From the human T2T-CHM13v2.0 reference genome, Homo sapiens: a stretch of DNA of 64,000 nt. This document shows positions 12,521 through 29,116 of the stretch, in pieces; positions within the stretch are counted from its first letter, which is position 1, and each line of letters starts with the position of its first letter. The stretch lies in NCBI RefSeq assembly GCF_009914755.1, contig NC_060937.1, one strand, 5' to 3'. The notes beneath the pieces were generated by a model. That model did no database searches, was not told the DNA's origin, and worked only from the letters and a program-made list of their open reading frames with translations. Both the position numbers and the translations under genes were made by a program.

Positions 12521-13660
12521 TCTTTGTTGAACTCTCACGTGCCAAATACTCTGCTTTGCAATTAGCAGATGCTAGATTCATATTTGGTGACCAACTAGCA
12601 AGTGAGGAAGATCTAGCAGGATGAGAACCAGTGAAAATACAGCCCAGTCCCTGATGGGACTAATTCCTCCTTAATCCTTTGCTTTTGCCTTTTTTTCCTG
12701 CCAAAATTATATAAAGATTTGCATCCATCTTTTATCTTTATTTAAGTCCATTTTGTTCAAAGTTTTCAATGCCTGGTAAACCAAAAGTGAATTAAACATT
12801 AACATATTAGTTTACATTGCTATCTACTGTAGTTCTTCAGAATCGATTCACTGTTTAAATTTTAGAAAATAGGAGGCAATTTGGGGAGCAAAGAAGAGGA
12901 AGCCAGAAAAAAAGGGAACATACTGTGTTTGTCTTCTCCGCTGTATTACCATATTTTCAAATGTAATTTCTGTCTTCAGGGTTTCCACTATGAAGCAGAG
13001 GGAGTCCATATCCTATGTATTGACATAAGATTCGAGCAAAGGCAAACCCACGAATATGCAGTTTTTGGGAACTGTAAACTCCCTGAGTTTCATTACAGGT
13101 GCTGGAATAGGTGGATATTGAAAGGATTTAATGTGGTCTCACTACTTACCAGTGCATTTGTGAATGACCCATTCTTGTAGGACTTTATCTTGTCAACCAA
13201 GTCTATTTGTCATTAAATATTTGTGGTCTGAGTCCTTTAAAGTCATCTCCTGGGAGAACTGCATTGCCAGGTAGTTTGAAGACCAACGCCAGCTACATAG
13301 TAACATAAGGAGCCTTTGCCTTGCTTTATTTTGGTCTTAACTCATTGCTCCCCTAAGCTGAATAGGGAATGTCAGGCAGCTGTCCTTCATGCCACTGAGA
13401 TTCTCCTGCCTGAGGCCCCAACCTTCCAGAAGGTTCAGGTGGCTGGGGCCTTCCAGGGGGAGTGGCTGGGTCTGTGAGGTGGCCCATGGATAGAGCTGGG
13501 GTACCCTCTTCCTCCCACCTCTCTGGGATCTGCCTGCACTGTGGACCTGGTCATGTCCTGGGGTGGGGGTGCAGAGGGCAAGTGGGGATACCAGGGGAAG
13601 AAGAAATGTCACTTGAGCTGTGGCAGACACTGGAGGGCCAGGCCCTGCACAACAACCACT

Positions 13661-13718
13661 GTTACCATGGAAACTCCCAAGGAGACCGCCGAAGGCCACT
13701 AGAAGCAGCCTTGGTAAC
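13661..13718. promoter_or_regulatory. Paired RFX X-box motifs
   Basis: GTTACCATGGAAAC (13661-13674) fits GTTNCCATGGNAAC exactly; GCAGCCTTGGTAAC (13705-13718) matches 11/14. Confidence 0.5.
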
Positions 13719-13940
13719 ATTCTTCCATTTCTGACCTCTCATTACATTTGACATAACTGACCAATCTCATTCTGGAGACTTCTCCTTCCTCGGTTTATGT
13801 GACATGAACCCTCTTGGTTCTGCTCCTCTCACCCTGAGTGACCTCTGTCAGCCTCTTTTGCAGACACTTACTTCACTCTCTCTTCATTCACTCATTAATC
13901 ACGGTTACAAAAATCTGGTCTTAGGATCCCTGCTTTCTTT

Positions 13941-15470
<1,530 letters not shown>

Positions 15471-18400
15471 TGAATTTCATGGCACGAATGTCATCCTTCT
15501 ATTAGATTATTTACCACATTACAGTACACAGTGTAGTTTGCTAATTTCCCTCCCTGTCCCCTAAGGTTGTCTTTGGGGTGCTAGAGGACAAGATGAGGTC
15601 TTATCTCTCTCGGCATCCTGACATCTATCACAGTGCCTAACCCATAGCAGGTGTTTCACAAACATTCCTTTATCGTGTAATAGCTAGCGTTTGTTAGCTC
15701 AGCGCATTATCTCAGGCAGTCCTCCATATAACCCTATGGAGTTGGTCATTATCTGATGAGGAGAGTGAGCTTTGAAGAAGTTAAATAAATTGCCCAGGAC
15801 CACACAGGCAGAATCAGGACGTTAACCAGCACAGACTGAATCTCGAGTCCACACTGTGCTGCATGGCCACCCTCTGGAGGCCTGTGATGTCCCCTCTGAC
15901 TGCTGCCCTACAGCCAGCAGAGACGATCACTGAACCCAGGCACTTGCACAGCCCAATGCTGAAGAAGGCAGGTGTGGATGCATGAATGAAAGGTGAAGGA
16001 GCAAGTGAGTAAACCCACTCTCTGAGTCTTTCATACAATCCAGCTTTCATTCCTGCTCATTCACCCTACCCTCTGCTCCTCCCTTTTAGTCCCCTAAGTA
16101 CCCCTCCAGCCCTGACCTCCCTTGTCTCACACTGACTTCCTGCAGCACCTCATTGGTGGGTTCCTCAACCCACAGCCTCTTTTTTCCTGTCTCCCTCCCT
16201 GTGCCCCACAACACATACAACACCTAAAAATTAATTCTCAAGCCCTGTTGTCAGATCCACACTCCAGGATTGATTTTGGCTTCTGACTCATTGTTGAGTA
16301 AAATCTCAGCACTCAAGGCTAACTGTCATTTCCCTACATGTATCTATCACTCTAAACCAAGCAGCGTTGTTGACTGCCCCTGGCCTGTGATTTGCCTGTG
16401 TTGCCTCCAGATCTTTTCCTGAGCTATTCTTCTGTGTTTTGAACACCTGTCCCATATCAGGAAATGAGCTGGGTTCTGGGAATACAGAGATTAAAACTTC
16501 AGTCTCTGATGCTCCTAGATTAGTGCAAGACAGCTGAAAGAGCAATAACAAAGTCCCATCACTATGGCAGGTGATTCAGAGGAAAGCCCAGGTTGCTATG
16601 GAAGCACCTAGGTCATCTACCTTCCCCATCTCCAATAACATCAGCCCTCAGAGCCTTCTCCGTCTGACCCGACTTACCTCTCCTGGGGGGCTTTCTGTGC
16701 CTGACGCTTCATCTGCTCCTCTCATTTATGCCAAATTTTCAGAATATATCTGTATTTGTTGATTTATTCATCTGCAACAATATATTTGCTGAACGTGCCT
16801 CCTCAACTGGTGAACTGTAATGGGGGAGGAGAAGACAAAAGAAGGCCAACTGGAAGAAATGAAAATGGTGTGTCTCCTTAAGGAGGTTGGATCCCAGAGA
16901 AGGAAGATAATGGGAGAGAGAGAGGTGTGGCTTTTGTTGGGCTTCCTCCTAACTATCCATTTTGGTGATGGCTGAGTGTGTCCTGAAGAGAAAGGATTAC
17001 ATGTAACTCAAACCTGATCCACAAAACTTCTGTAGTCCAAGCAACTTCGTGTGAGACCCTTTAAAAGAGCAGACCACAAAGTTAGGATGCAGTGGCTATA
17101 CAGCCGAGCTGACCACTGAGCACAGGAGACAGAGCCTTGGAACTCTCAGAGATACTGGGGCGGGGAGGGGCTCGTATTGTGAAGGGAGGACCAAAGTCCC
17201 ACAGGGGCATGCAGCTGGGCAAGCAAAATCTGGTCTGCAGTCGTCCGTCTCACTTGGGTCTAAGGCTAATGAGGCCTGGGGAACACTCACAAGGAGTCTA
17301 GTTATGGCTCTGTAGTAGTTTACCCATTGACTGAAGCAAAACAGTCTCCACAAGAGATCCCAGGAGAAACAGAACAGCTGGCCAGGCTCACCTAGCTGGT
17401 CCCATAACTTTTCCCACCATCCTGCCAGGCAAACCTTGTCATCTCAGCACCTGGATCCAAGACACTTTGCTGCCATGTTTCCTCACATCTCATCCTCTCT
17501 CCCTTCCTAGTCAGAATTCCACATTTGTCACTTTCTGACCTGCATTTGACAACACTCAATGTTGTCTTATCCAAACAACATCTATGATTCAGCCTTCTTG
17601 CCCTCAAGTCCAGCATGTTCCCCTCTGGCTCCAAGCCCCTTTCCCTCCAGCCTTTTACAACCACATCACTCCATGTAAGTCACTTGTCCTTTGAACCAGC
17701 TGATCTGTGGGCTGAGGAAAGGGTGCTGGGAGCTGAGCTGTAGATGTTCTCTTTGCTGTCTGTCATTCTAGGGGCTTGCCAACATTGGGCAGAGTCTCCT
17801 GCTGGCTGAAACTCTCTCACCACAAAGGATTTCATTTTATGTCAGCAGTTTCATAGGCTGAGGGAGTGATAGAGATAAGAGAAACATGAAGAGAATATGC
17901 CACAATGACTAAACTCAAGATAGATTTGGGGCAGAGATGTAGAGATTTGGTAAAAGTCCAGAAATCTAAATGCTGGGTGTGCTTACTAAGTGTACCTGTG
18001 CATTAAGCTAAGCAAATGGATTCCCTGTCTCCTTGACAACCAGAATACAAACATGTCTTACCTGAATTATCCATTCTCTTTGCCAAAGCCAGTGCATAAT
18101 TAGTTGGGGGAAAATATACATGCAAGATGAAAGAGTCCACAGCTCTTAAACAATATCCCTCATTGCTCTCTGGTGGAGAGTTCACCTACTCAACCTCACT
18201 AACATCTCCCTTGCCTCATTTATCAGCCATGCCTTTCACTTACTGGTGAAAAGCTAATATAGCCTTGCTTCTCCCTCTCAGTCAACACTATTTAAGGGAC
18301 TGATAAGAAAATTCACTAGGAAGGTTTTTCTGGAAAGCTCTCTATTTATAGAGACACACTGAAGTAGCCATAGACACCAACTGTTAAATTGCCTCCTCTG

Positions 18401-19719
18401 TGTGTGAAGGCCATGTTGTCACCATCTTAGACAAGGAGGAGATACCTTTCCTCCTCCTCATGGAGACCATGCTTCTATTTGCTCTCTCGGCATGCAACAC
18501 CAGCCATCTCAGGGATTTGCCTAACAAGCTGGACTATTTCCAGGATATGGGAGGCAGCAGCCTCTAAATGCTTAGGGGTTTTAGGGGCACGGTCTCCTAA
18601 GACAAGCAGCAACCAGAGTAAAGAAGTCAGCCCTGAGAAGATAGAATCTCAGCCCTCAAGTCTGGAATGTTCCTTCCCCTATACCTATCCTCACCATCAC
18701 AGCCCAGGGCTAATGGGTGGACTGTCAGCATGGGAGGACCATGCCCTGACACCCTCCTGGTGGGACACAAAGGGCCTGAAGGCTGCATTTAGAGCGAGTC
18801 ATCACACTGAGCACACACACACACACCCCAGCCTTGTACCGCAGGGCAGAACCTCCCCAGGGGTGGAGGAGGAAAGGATGGGAGCCAAGTGGGTGACAGG
18901 AAGAGAATAAACATCAGGGTAGGGGCCCTGGGTCTTCAAAACAGTGTGAAGCAACAGGATGAATGAATTAAAGTGGATTGCGCTCCAAGGCCCCACACCT
19001 TGGTCGCTATGTCAGGTCTTTTCAGGATAAGTCTGAACACTGTGTGAAGAAGAGAAGGGGTGTGAACGTGTGTACGTGCAATAGGGTATGTACACCACTC
19101 CATGTGGATCCTGTGTGCATGTGCTGGTGCTTCTGGACGTGTACAAACCCATATGATGCTGCAAACTATACAAGCACACCACATGTTAGCCTAACCACAG
19201 AAGCATTGCCAAACCCAGTTCTAATGTGAAAAGCCTCTTCCAAGAGTTGACAGAAACCAAATTCAGGTTCACATTCTGGGCATCACTTAGCATAGCTGGG
19301 GAAGGAGGAGAGTTAAGTAATGAGATGCAATGGAGCAAAGAAGAATGTCTACCCATTGTCATCACCAACATCCTGGTGGGGAGGTCACTTGGTGAGGAAA
19401 AAATAGGACCCATTATGAATGAGTTGGGATTGGATTCCTGGTGGCCTTCCCAGAAAGCATTCTGCTGTCTTGTGAGAAGCAGGAACCAGAGACAGAGAGG
19501 CTGGCTGTGCAGATTCCTTCCAACCCTGCCAGCGGTGGCTTAGTGTGAGGTGCAGGTGGATTTCTTGACAGGGATACATATCTTGGAAGTGGTAACAGAT
19601 TTATGGCAACTAATTGCACAATAATAGCTGGCCCGAACAGAGCTCTTGAGCAATTGCCAGAACTCTATATTACTACTATTCATTTACATAACAAACATTT
19701 TACACCTACTTATTGAGAA

Positions 19720-19940
19720 TAACTAACCTTTATTGAAGGTCACATGCTGTTCTGAGCTCTACATATCTATTAATATCCACAATGACTCTATGAAGTGGGT
19801 ACTGTTGTTACCACTCACATTCTACAGAGGAGGAAACTGAGGCATAGTGAGCTTAAGTAAGTTCCCCAAAGTCTCTCACTGTATGCAAAAGCCAGGGTTA
19901 GAACATAGGAAATTTTATTCCAAATCCCACACTTTTAGTC
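19720..19940 (-). mobile_element. MIR
   Basis: ctctatgaagtgggtactgttgtt...ttctacagaggaggaaactgaggcatag...aagtaagttccccaaagtctc. Confidence 0.8.
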
Positions 19941-20785
19941 AGTAAACATATCTGCTTCCTATATTTACTTTTGTACAAAGCTAGTACAAATACTAGGCAT
20001 TTGAAAGAAGCTAAAATATCATGATCCCTACCTTTAAAGGAGTTTATAGTCTTGGGGGAGAAACAGACAGTGCTGCTTTCTGACTTAAGCAAATTCAGCC
20101 TTTCAGAAAATTTCAGGTTCTTTTTACAACTACTATTAACCTCTTGAGGTTAGAGACTTCTGGGGAACTATAAATCCCTTCCCTATGACCTCAAAAATGT
20201 CTAATTGAACTCCATATGACATATAGATGCATATTGGCAAGGAAGCACAAATACACTCATTCAACTTGTTCGGCAGTTTGGGGAAGACCCACTCTGGCCT
20301 AGCCACTCCAGCAAGCACCATGCATTGAAGACTCCAGCTGGGGCAGATGTCGTGATAGTTCTAGGACAGCACTGGACAGTTCTGGGTGGGATCAGGCAAG
20401 AGGGTCCTCTGTGAAGGAAGGGACAGAGGGTCATGGGCTGACTGTGGTTCTAGGTTTACCACCTTATTGTGCCTTGTTCATAAAGGAGAGCAAAGCAATA
20501 TTTCTAACTACTCCCAGTCTTGACAATATTCATATTACCAAAGAAGTGATTTCACTGAAGATGTGGGGAATGCTAAATAACGCCCCTGCAGATTCTGGTT
20601 CATGATCAGGCTCCTCATGGGCTGGCTCACCACCCTGGAGTGTTGCTTCTGATTTGGTGCTTAGGCCTCCTGTTTTACAGGTCCCACCTGATTACCTCCA
20701 TGTGTCCAAAATCAGCACCATTGAGTCATTTTGTTCTCGTATGCCTTCCCCAAATGGTACTTTGTTGTTCCAAATTAAAATAATT

Positions 20786-21100
20786 GGCTGGGCGCAGTGG
20801 CTCACACCTATAATCCCAGCAATTTGGGAGGCCAAAGTGAGAGGATCACTTGAGCCCAGGAGTTCGAGATCAGCCTGGCTAATACAGTGAGAACTCGTCT
20901 CTACAAAAAATTTAAAAATCAGCTGGGCGTGGTGGTGTGCACCTGCAGTCCCAGCTACCCTGAAGTCTGAAGCAGGAGGATCGCTTGAGCCCAGAAGGCC
21001 AAAGTTGCAGGGAGCCATGAACACACCACTGCACTCCAACCTGGGCAACAGAGCAAGACCCTGTCTCAAATAAAACTGAAAAATATAAAATAGAATAACA
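20786..21100 (+). mobile_element. AluJ, full length
   Basis: ggctgggcgcagtggctcac..., AluJ-type gaggatcacttgagcccaggagttcgag, degraded A-tail. Confidence 0.92.
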
Positions 21101-22182
21101 GAGAACATCCCATAATATAAGAAACATTGTAAGGACCTGAGTGTAAGGCAAAGCTGTCTATATCAAAGGATACTTTGGGGGAAAATATGCCTTATATTTG
21201 TTTGCTTACTGTCATAGAAGAGCACCTAGTTTGTGCCTGACACAAAGCAGGTACTCAATAAATGTGAGTTTTCTTCTCTCCCTCACTATCTCACTTGGTT
21301 TTCATGGAAGACACTATGAGGAAGCTGTTATATTTATTTTACAGACAAGAAAACAAAAGTTTAGAGTTTAAGTAACTTATCTAGTTCATGTGACTACAAA
21401 GCGGCCACTCTGGCTTCTAACTGGAGCACCCATGCTCTTCCTACTATGGATACTGCCTCTCTGATAATCATAGCTGAGCTTTGCAGATGTGCACTGACAA
21501 AGCCCTTCCACATGCCCTGTGTCACTGGATCCTCAGAACACTCCTGTAACATGAGAATCATTATTTTCTTCAATTTTAAGTGAATGAAGCACCATGGGGA
21601 ATTATAGCAATCTGCCCAGGTTTTCTAAGGTAGCAAATGGGTCCATCAGAATTTGAGCCCATGTTTTAAACATTGCCCAAATCTTTGCTTCTGGTACCAC
21701 ACTACGTGGCATCTCAGCGTGACACCCAAGGACGGCCAAAGGGTGAGCATAAACTGAGGGCTGGGGGTCTGGTTCACAATCCAACTTGCTCATCAGTTTC
21801 AGAGCAGCCCTTAAATCCTACCTCAGCTCCATGGAGAGGCCACTTTTAATAATTATACCAACATTTTCATTACATGTTATTGTTTACAAAATACCTATCT
21901 CATGTTCTCATTTTGAATGCAGAGTCACTGCATTCAAACACAGAACAGTAAGGTGACGATATTTTTCAAGCTGGCTAGGCCCATCCCTAACAATATTCTT
22001 AGATGCCGAATCAATTTCCACATCCTCAAGGCCACTTTCCTAAGTGACACTGAGTTTTCTTGCTTCACTTCATCTCCTTGAAGTTACCTTGATCCTCTAG
22101 GTATAATTTTCTTGATCCTTTAAAAACAGATTTGCTGTATCATGATTATACAAACAGTATATGCCTTTTGAAAATAATTTGG

Positions 22183-22746
22183 GAAATATCATTTGACCCA
22201 GTCATCCCATTACTGGGTATATGCCCAAAGGAATATAAATCATGCTGCTATAAAGACACATGCACACGTATGTTTATTGCAGCACTACTCACAATAGCAA
22301 AGACTTGGAACCAACCCAAATGTCCAACAACCATACACTGGATTAAGAAAATGTGGCACATATACACCATGAAATACTATGCAGCCATAAAAAATGATGA
22401 GTTCATGTTCTTTGTAGGGACATGGATGAAGCTGGAAACCATCATTCTCAGCAAATTATCGCAAGGACAAAAAAACCAAACACCGCATGTTCTCACTCAT
22501 AGGTGGGAATTGAACAATGAGAACACTTGGACACAGGAAGGGGAACATCACACACCGGGGCCTGTTGTGGGGTGGGGGTAGGGGGGAGGGATAGCATTAG
22601 GAGATATACCTAATGCTAAATGACGAGTTGATAGGTGCAGCACACCAACATGGCACATGTATACATACGTAACAAGCCTGCACGTTGTGCACATGTACCC
22701 TAGAACTTAAAGTATAATAAAAATATATATATATAAAAAGAAAAAA
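22183..22746 (+). mobile_element. L1PA4-like 3' fragment (ORF2 end, 3' UTR, A-tail)
   Basis: catttgacccagtcatcccattactggg...catgtaccctagaacttaaagtataata; TSD core GAAAATAATTT at 22170-22180 and 22747-22757. Confidence 0.95.
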
Positions 22747-22849
22747 GAAAATAATTTAGAAAATATAGGATAGAATAAAGAAGCAAGTAAGCATTTAACA
22801 AGTATCCCACTTACCAAGATATGGCAACATTAATGTCTGGTATATGCTT

Positions 22850-22851
<2 letters not shown>

Positions 22852-22892
<41 letters not shown>
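22852..22892. repeat. (TG)20 microsatellite
   Basis: Perfect dinucleotide run. Confidence 0.98.
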
Positions 22893-22895
<3 letters not shown>

Positions 22896-23322
22896 ATGGC
22901 TTCATAATATTTCATCAAATATACATGTATGTGTGTGCCATTATTTATATAAGCATTCTGTCCATAATCCCTAATTAACGAACATTTGCTGCTTGGTTTC
23001 TTTTCAATGCATATATAGCATTTCAATGAAAATCTTTGAACGTTCATCTTTGTATACTTGTCTCATTTTCTAGAAATGGAATTGCTGTTCATGGGAATAC
23101 ACTTTTTAAAGGTTTTTAAAAACATGTTGAAAATCACCCTCCCAAAAAGCTGAGTCTATTTATAGGCTCATCAGGACAGCATAAGCATATACCTTTCCTA
23201 CACTGCTGCAACAGTGAGAATTAGCAAACCTTTATTCTTCAACAGCTGATAGGGAAAAACAATAACTGTTCACGTTTCTTTCACTACTTACAAAGGTGAA
23301 CATCTTTTTATTGGTATATTAG

Positions 23323-23417
23323 TAAGACGATCATATCATTTATTGTCCAATCTGGAGTATTTTAAGAGTAGAAGTGAGTGCTGACTGGAGGGTCAGTGAG
23401 GGCTTATGGTCACGCTA
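23323..23417. mobile_element. MER94-like hAT-Blackjack MITE inside degraded L1ME
   Basis: Ends taagacgatcatatcatttattgtccaa...tatggtcacgcta resemble TAGGGT(A/G)ACCATA TIRs. Confidence 0.55.
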
Positions 23418-23664
23418 TGGCTGACCACTTGCATTTCTTAGTTTCAGAATTCCTTGTTTGTAGCGTTTTCTTACTTTTCTATTGAGTTGTCTGCTCTTTT
23501 CTTAATCACATAAAGGTCGCGTTATAATAATAATAATAATAATAATATTAATCCTTTGTAATTTGTGTTAAATATATATTCCCCGTAGGTCACTTATTTT
23601 CTTTTTAGTTTTGAAAGCAATACAAAAACATAGTCTTTAAAGTTTGCTTCAGATTTCTTAATTC

Positions 23665-25555
<1,891 letters not shown>

Positions 25556-25556
25556 T

Positions 25557-26012
25557 TATAGTGGGTGGAATGGTGGTAGCTCCAAAAATATATACATGTC
25601 ATAATCTCTGAAACCAGTGAATGTGACCTCATTTGGAGAAGGGATCTTTGCCAGTGTAACTAACTTATGGACTTTGAGATGAGATCGTCCTGGATTATCC
25701 AAGTGAGACCTAAATCCAGCAAAAAGTGTCCTTATAAGAGACACACAGAAGCAGACAAAAGAGGAGGAGGCCATGTGATCATCATGGAGGCAGAGATTGG
25801 AGTGGTGAGGCCACAAGCCAAGGAATGCTGACAGCCACCAGAAGCTGGAAAATGCAAGAAAGGATTCTCCCCTGGGGCCTTTGAAGAAAGGGCTTGAGTG
25901 CCAATACCTTGACTTAAACTTCTGGCCTTCAGAACTGGGACAGAATAAATTTCTGTTATTTTAAGCCACTTGGTTAACAGTAATTTGTTCCAGCAGTTAT
26001 AGGAAACCAGTA
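25557..26012 (+). mobile_element. MLT1C-like MaLR solo LTR
   Basis: gagatgagatcgtcctggattatcc...ggccacaagccaaggaatgc...agaataaatttctgttattttaagccac. Confidence 0.88.
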
Positions 26013-26019
26013 AAAAGCT

Positions 26020-26858
26020 GTATATCAAAATACGTTACAAGACTTTGGATCTTATCTAAACCTGTTTTTATCTGGCTTCTTCTGACCCTGCTTTGGACAG
26101 ATGGTGGGTGGGGGATGGAAGTCACCTCCTTGTTACTGCCAAATGGAGCTAGAAATCCAGGTCCATCACTCAGCCTGTATAAGCACCAGAGATGGGTGCT
26201 CCTTGTTACTGCTGGGTGAAGATGGGAGTTGGGCTCCCCATATAATCTCCACTGACACTGTTGGTGGGGAGTGGGAGACTTTTGTACAGGCCAGAGATGC
26301 AAGTCCTAGTTCCCTACATGGTCTTCTCTGACAGTACTGCACTGGGGGATGGGTGTTCCTCAATACAGCCTCACAGAAGGGGAAGTGTAGGTTCTCCATC
26401 GGGCCTTCGCTGGCATGGGTAGGGGTGGGACCACAGTTTTTTCTAAGGTGTTTGGCTAAAATACAGCAGAGCAGTTATTGGCTAAAAGTCTGTCTTTCTA
26501 GACTGCCCCTTCCGTCTTCATTTGGCTAGAGAGAGCAGGCTTTCCTTGGGGCTTTTTTCAGGGGTCAGGGGTCTGCTCCTGTTAGCCTTTCTGGGTTCTC
26601 AGAAAGGCTTTCTCAGGCTTGGAGCTGAGCTGGCTTCCTCAGCTCCAAGCCTGGGATAAATGAAGCAAAAGGAAAACTCAGGGAACTCACCACCATGTCA
26701 TTTCACAGGTCCTGAGATCCCTAGCTGCTAACGCCTCCTTCTCCCCACCTTTCAGAAACATCTCATGTTTGTTTTAGATCGAATATCCAGGGATTTTAGT
26801 TGTATTTAGTGAAGAAATAGGGAAAAGTACATTTACTCCATCTTCCTAGAAGCAAACG
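26020..26858 (-). mobile_element. Old L1 5' UTR segment (L1MC-type 5' end)
   Basis: Repeated ctccttgttactgc motif, tttggctagagagagcaggcttt, aaaactcagggaactcaccac, catttactccatcttcc, as recalled for L1MC 5' ends. Confidence 0.6.
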
Positions 26859-27279
26859 TTTATTTTATTTTTTAAAAATAACTAACACAACCTAAAGAAA
26901 ACATCACAGCTCCTCGTTGCTCCTGCCTTACCCTCACTGCAGTCTCCGTAAGTAACTGCTGCTTCTCCAAGTGTCTGCAGGCAGCATAATTCAAAACAGA
27001 AGGCTCATGTCTTCCACTTCACGGTTCAATTTAAAGTAAGCATTTTTAAGTAGGTACTATATTTACCTGGATGGTTCAAAAAGGCATATAGAGAAAAATC
27101 TCCTTCCCATCCTTATTTCATAGATACTAAGTTCTCTTCCAATATTAGTATCCTCCTGTGTATGTTTCCGGAGATATTTTATGCATAGATTTGCAAATAA
27201 ATCATGCCTCTTGGGATAAAATGTATTACAGTTTCCAGTTATTGATACCCCTTTTCCCAGTAAAGAGGAATGCCTCTTT

Positions 27280-28240
27280 CCTCATTGTTGGCTGGGCAGT
27301 GCCTTCTGGAAGGATGCACTTCTGGAAGAAGTGGAAGGAATATACCTGCCACCCCATAAACAGACACACCCCTGTGACTCACTCTGACCAGTGAAATGTG
27401 AGCAGAAGTCATGTATGCCAGTTCTAAGCAGAAAGCCTAAAGCCATTGTGGGCTTCCACTCCCTTCCGACTCTTTTCCTCTGCCATGAGAACAGATGTCC
27501 GAGGAGCTGCTCTTCCAGCCTGGGTTTCATATGTTTTGTGGAGCAGTCTCAGCAAACTCACAGCCATGTATTAGTTAGCTATTGCTGCAAAACAAATCAC
27601 CCTAAAATTGAACAGCAGCTTACATAAAGCTATTTACTCTCTCACAAAATTTCTGAAGGTCAAGAATCTGGAAGCAACTTAGTAGGGTGATTCTGGCTCA
27701 GGATCTCATAAGGTTGCAGTCAAGCCGCCAATGGGTCTTCAGCCATTTGAAGGCTTGACTGGGGCTCAGGCATCTGCTGCCAATATGACTCCCTTGTGTG
27801 GACATCTGCAGGAGGCCTCAATTTCTTGCTAGTTGTTATCAGGAGGTCTCAGTTCTCACCACATGGGGCTCTCCATAGAGCTGCTCAACATGGCAACTGA
27901 TTTCCTCCAAAATAAGTGATCCAAGAAAGAGAGAGATAGCATGTGCTCAAGATGGAAGCCACAGTGTCTTTTATTACCTAATCTGAGAAATGGTATCTCA
28001 TCACTTCTGTAGTATTGTGTTGTATTCTGTTGGTTGTAGAATACCAACTCTAGTGCCATGTGGGAGGGGACAACAGAAGGGTGTGCATGCCAAGAGGCAA
28101 GGATCACTAGGGCCATCTTGAAGCCTGGCTGTCACAGCCACAGACAGGAGGACTAAGGGGGGGGAAAAAGTATGCTTTTAATATGTGGGAATCAGTTGTT
28201 GCCTCAATATAACCTATCAAAAGCTAACTGGTACACTACA
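27280..28240 (+). mobile_element. MLT1I/J-like LTR split by a nested MLT1F-like LTR
   Basis: gaccagtgaaatgtgagcagaagtcatgtatgcc...tccagcctgggt, resuming after 28136. Confidence 0.6.
27567..28136 (-). mobile_element. MLT1F/E-like solo LTR
   Basis: tgtattagttagctattgctgc...ggttgcagtcaag...gggccatcttga...caca; cagcca on both flanks. Confidence 0.8.
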
Positions 28241-29116
28241 TATCTTTATGTATAAACTCTTTTATAGTTTTTTTTTTCTCCCTATTCTAAAAGATGAAGA
28301 ATGAATCTCCCTTACACTCTCTTTGGGCTTTCATACAGCCCATTTCTTGAGTTTGATTAGTTTTCTTATTCTTTTTAGGTTTTCCTATTGGCTATGCACA
28401 TCACTGTAAATTATGTATTTGGATCTTGTTCCATCTACTTTAGACAGCATTGGTTTACCATCCACTGTGTAAGATTAAAATTTTGCACTTCTCCTAATAT
28501 CACCTCCCTCCACACTTCTGTCAGTGATACCATTATTTGTGTACTTTCAAGGTTCTCTTTTCCCCTTTATATCTTTCTCTTCAAGCCATGCTGTTGTGGG
28601 AAGAATTCACAAAGCTCCATCTCCACAGAGCAAAGGACCAATGAAAGGTCCCCATGTGTAGGCTGAGTATCCATCAGGGAGACATAAAGATGGTGGCACT
28701 GAAGGGGGCAGTGGATTTGATGCTGTAAGGCTTGACTCTGAGGCGGTGAACCACTGGGAACCTAGACAAACTCCTGACCTACGGTCACATGTGACTGCAT
28801 TTAGATCCTTAGCCAGGGCAGGAAGCAGTCTCCCTCTGAGGCTGAAGTCCTGAGGCTACCACAGTCCAGGGCCATCAGTCCTGCTGTTTGTTCAAGGAGA
28901 GTCCCTGATCCAAAGAGAAGAGCTAAGGAGAGTGCAGGTGACAGAACTTTCTTGACAACAGAAATTTCTTTGTGTCACTCGGCACCACACTCACTGTTTT
29001 TCCTGAAAAACGGCCACCCGGAGCATAGGTAAGTCCTCTTCCCCCAAGACATCAGTGTGGAGTATCCTGTTGAGCTCTGTTCTTGTCCCCTTAGACCTTG
29101 AGATGACAAGAGAATC

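Noticed and set aside
12980-13098. Plus-strand exon candidate (tttctgtcttcAG| ... CAG|GTGCTG)
   Set aside because: Weak donor and unrecognised peptide
22132-22581. 149-aa ORF
   Set aside because: Frameshifted L1 ORF2 C-terminal remnant
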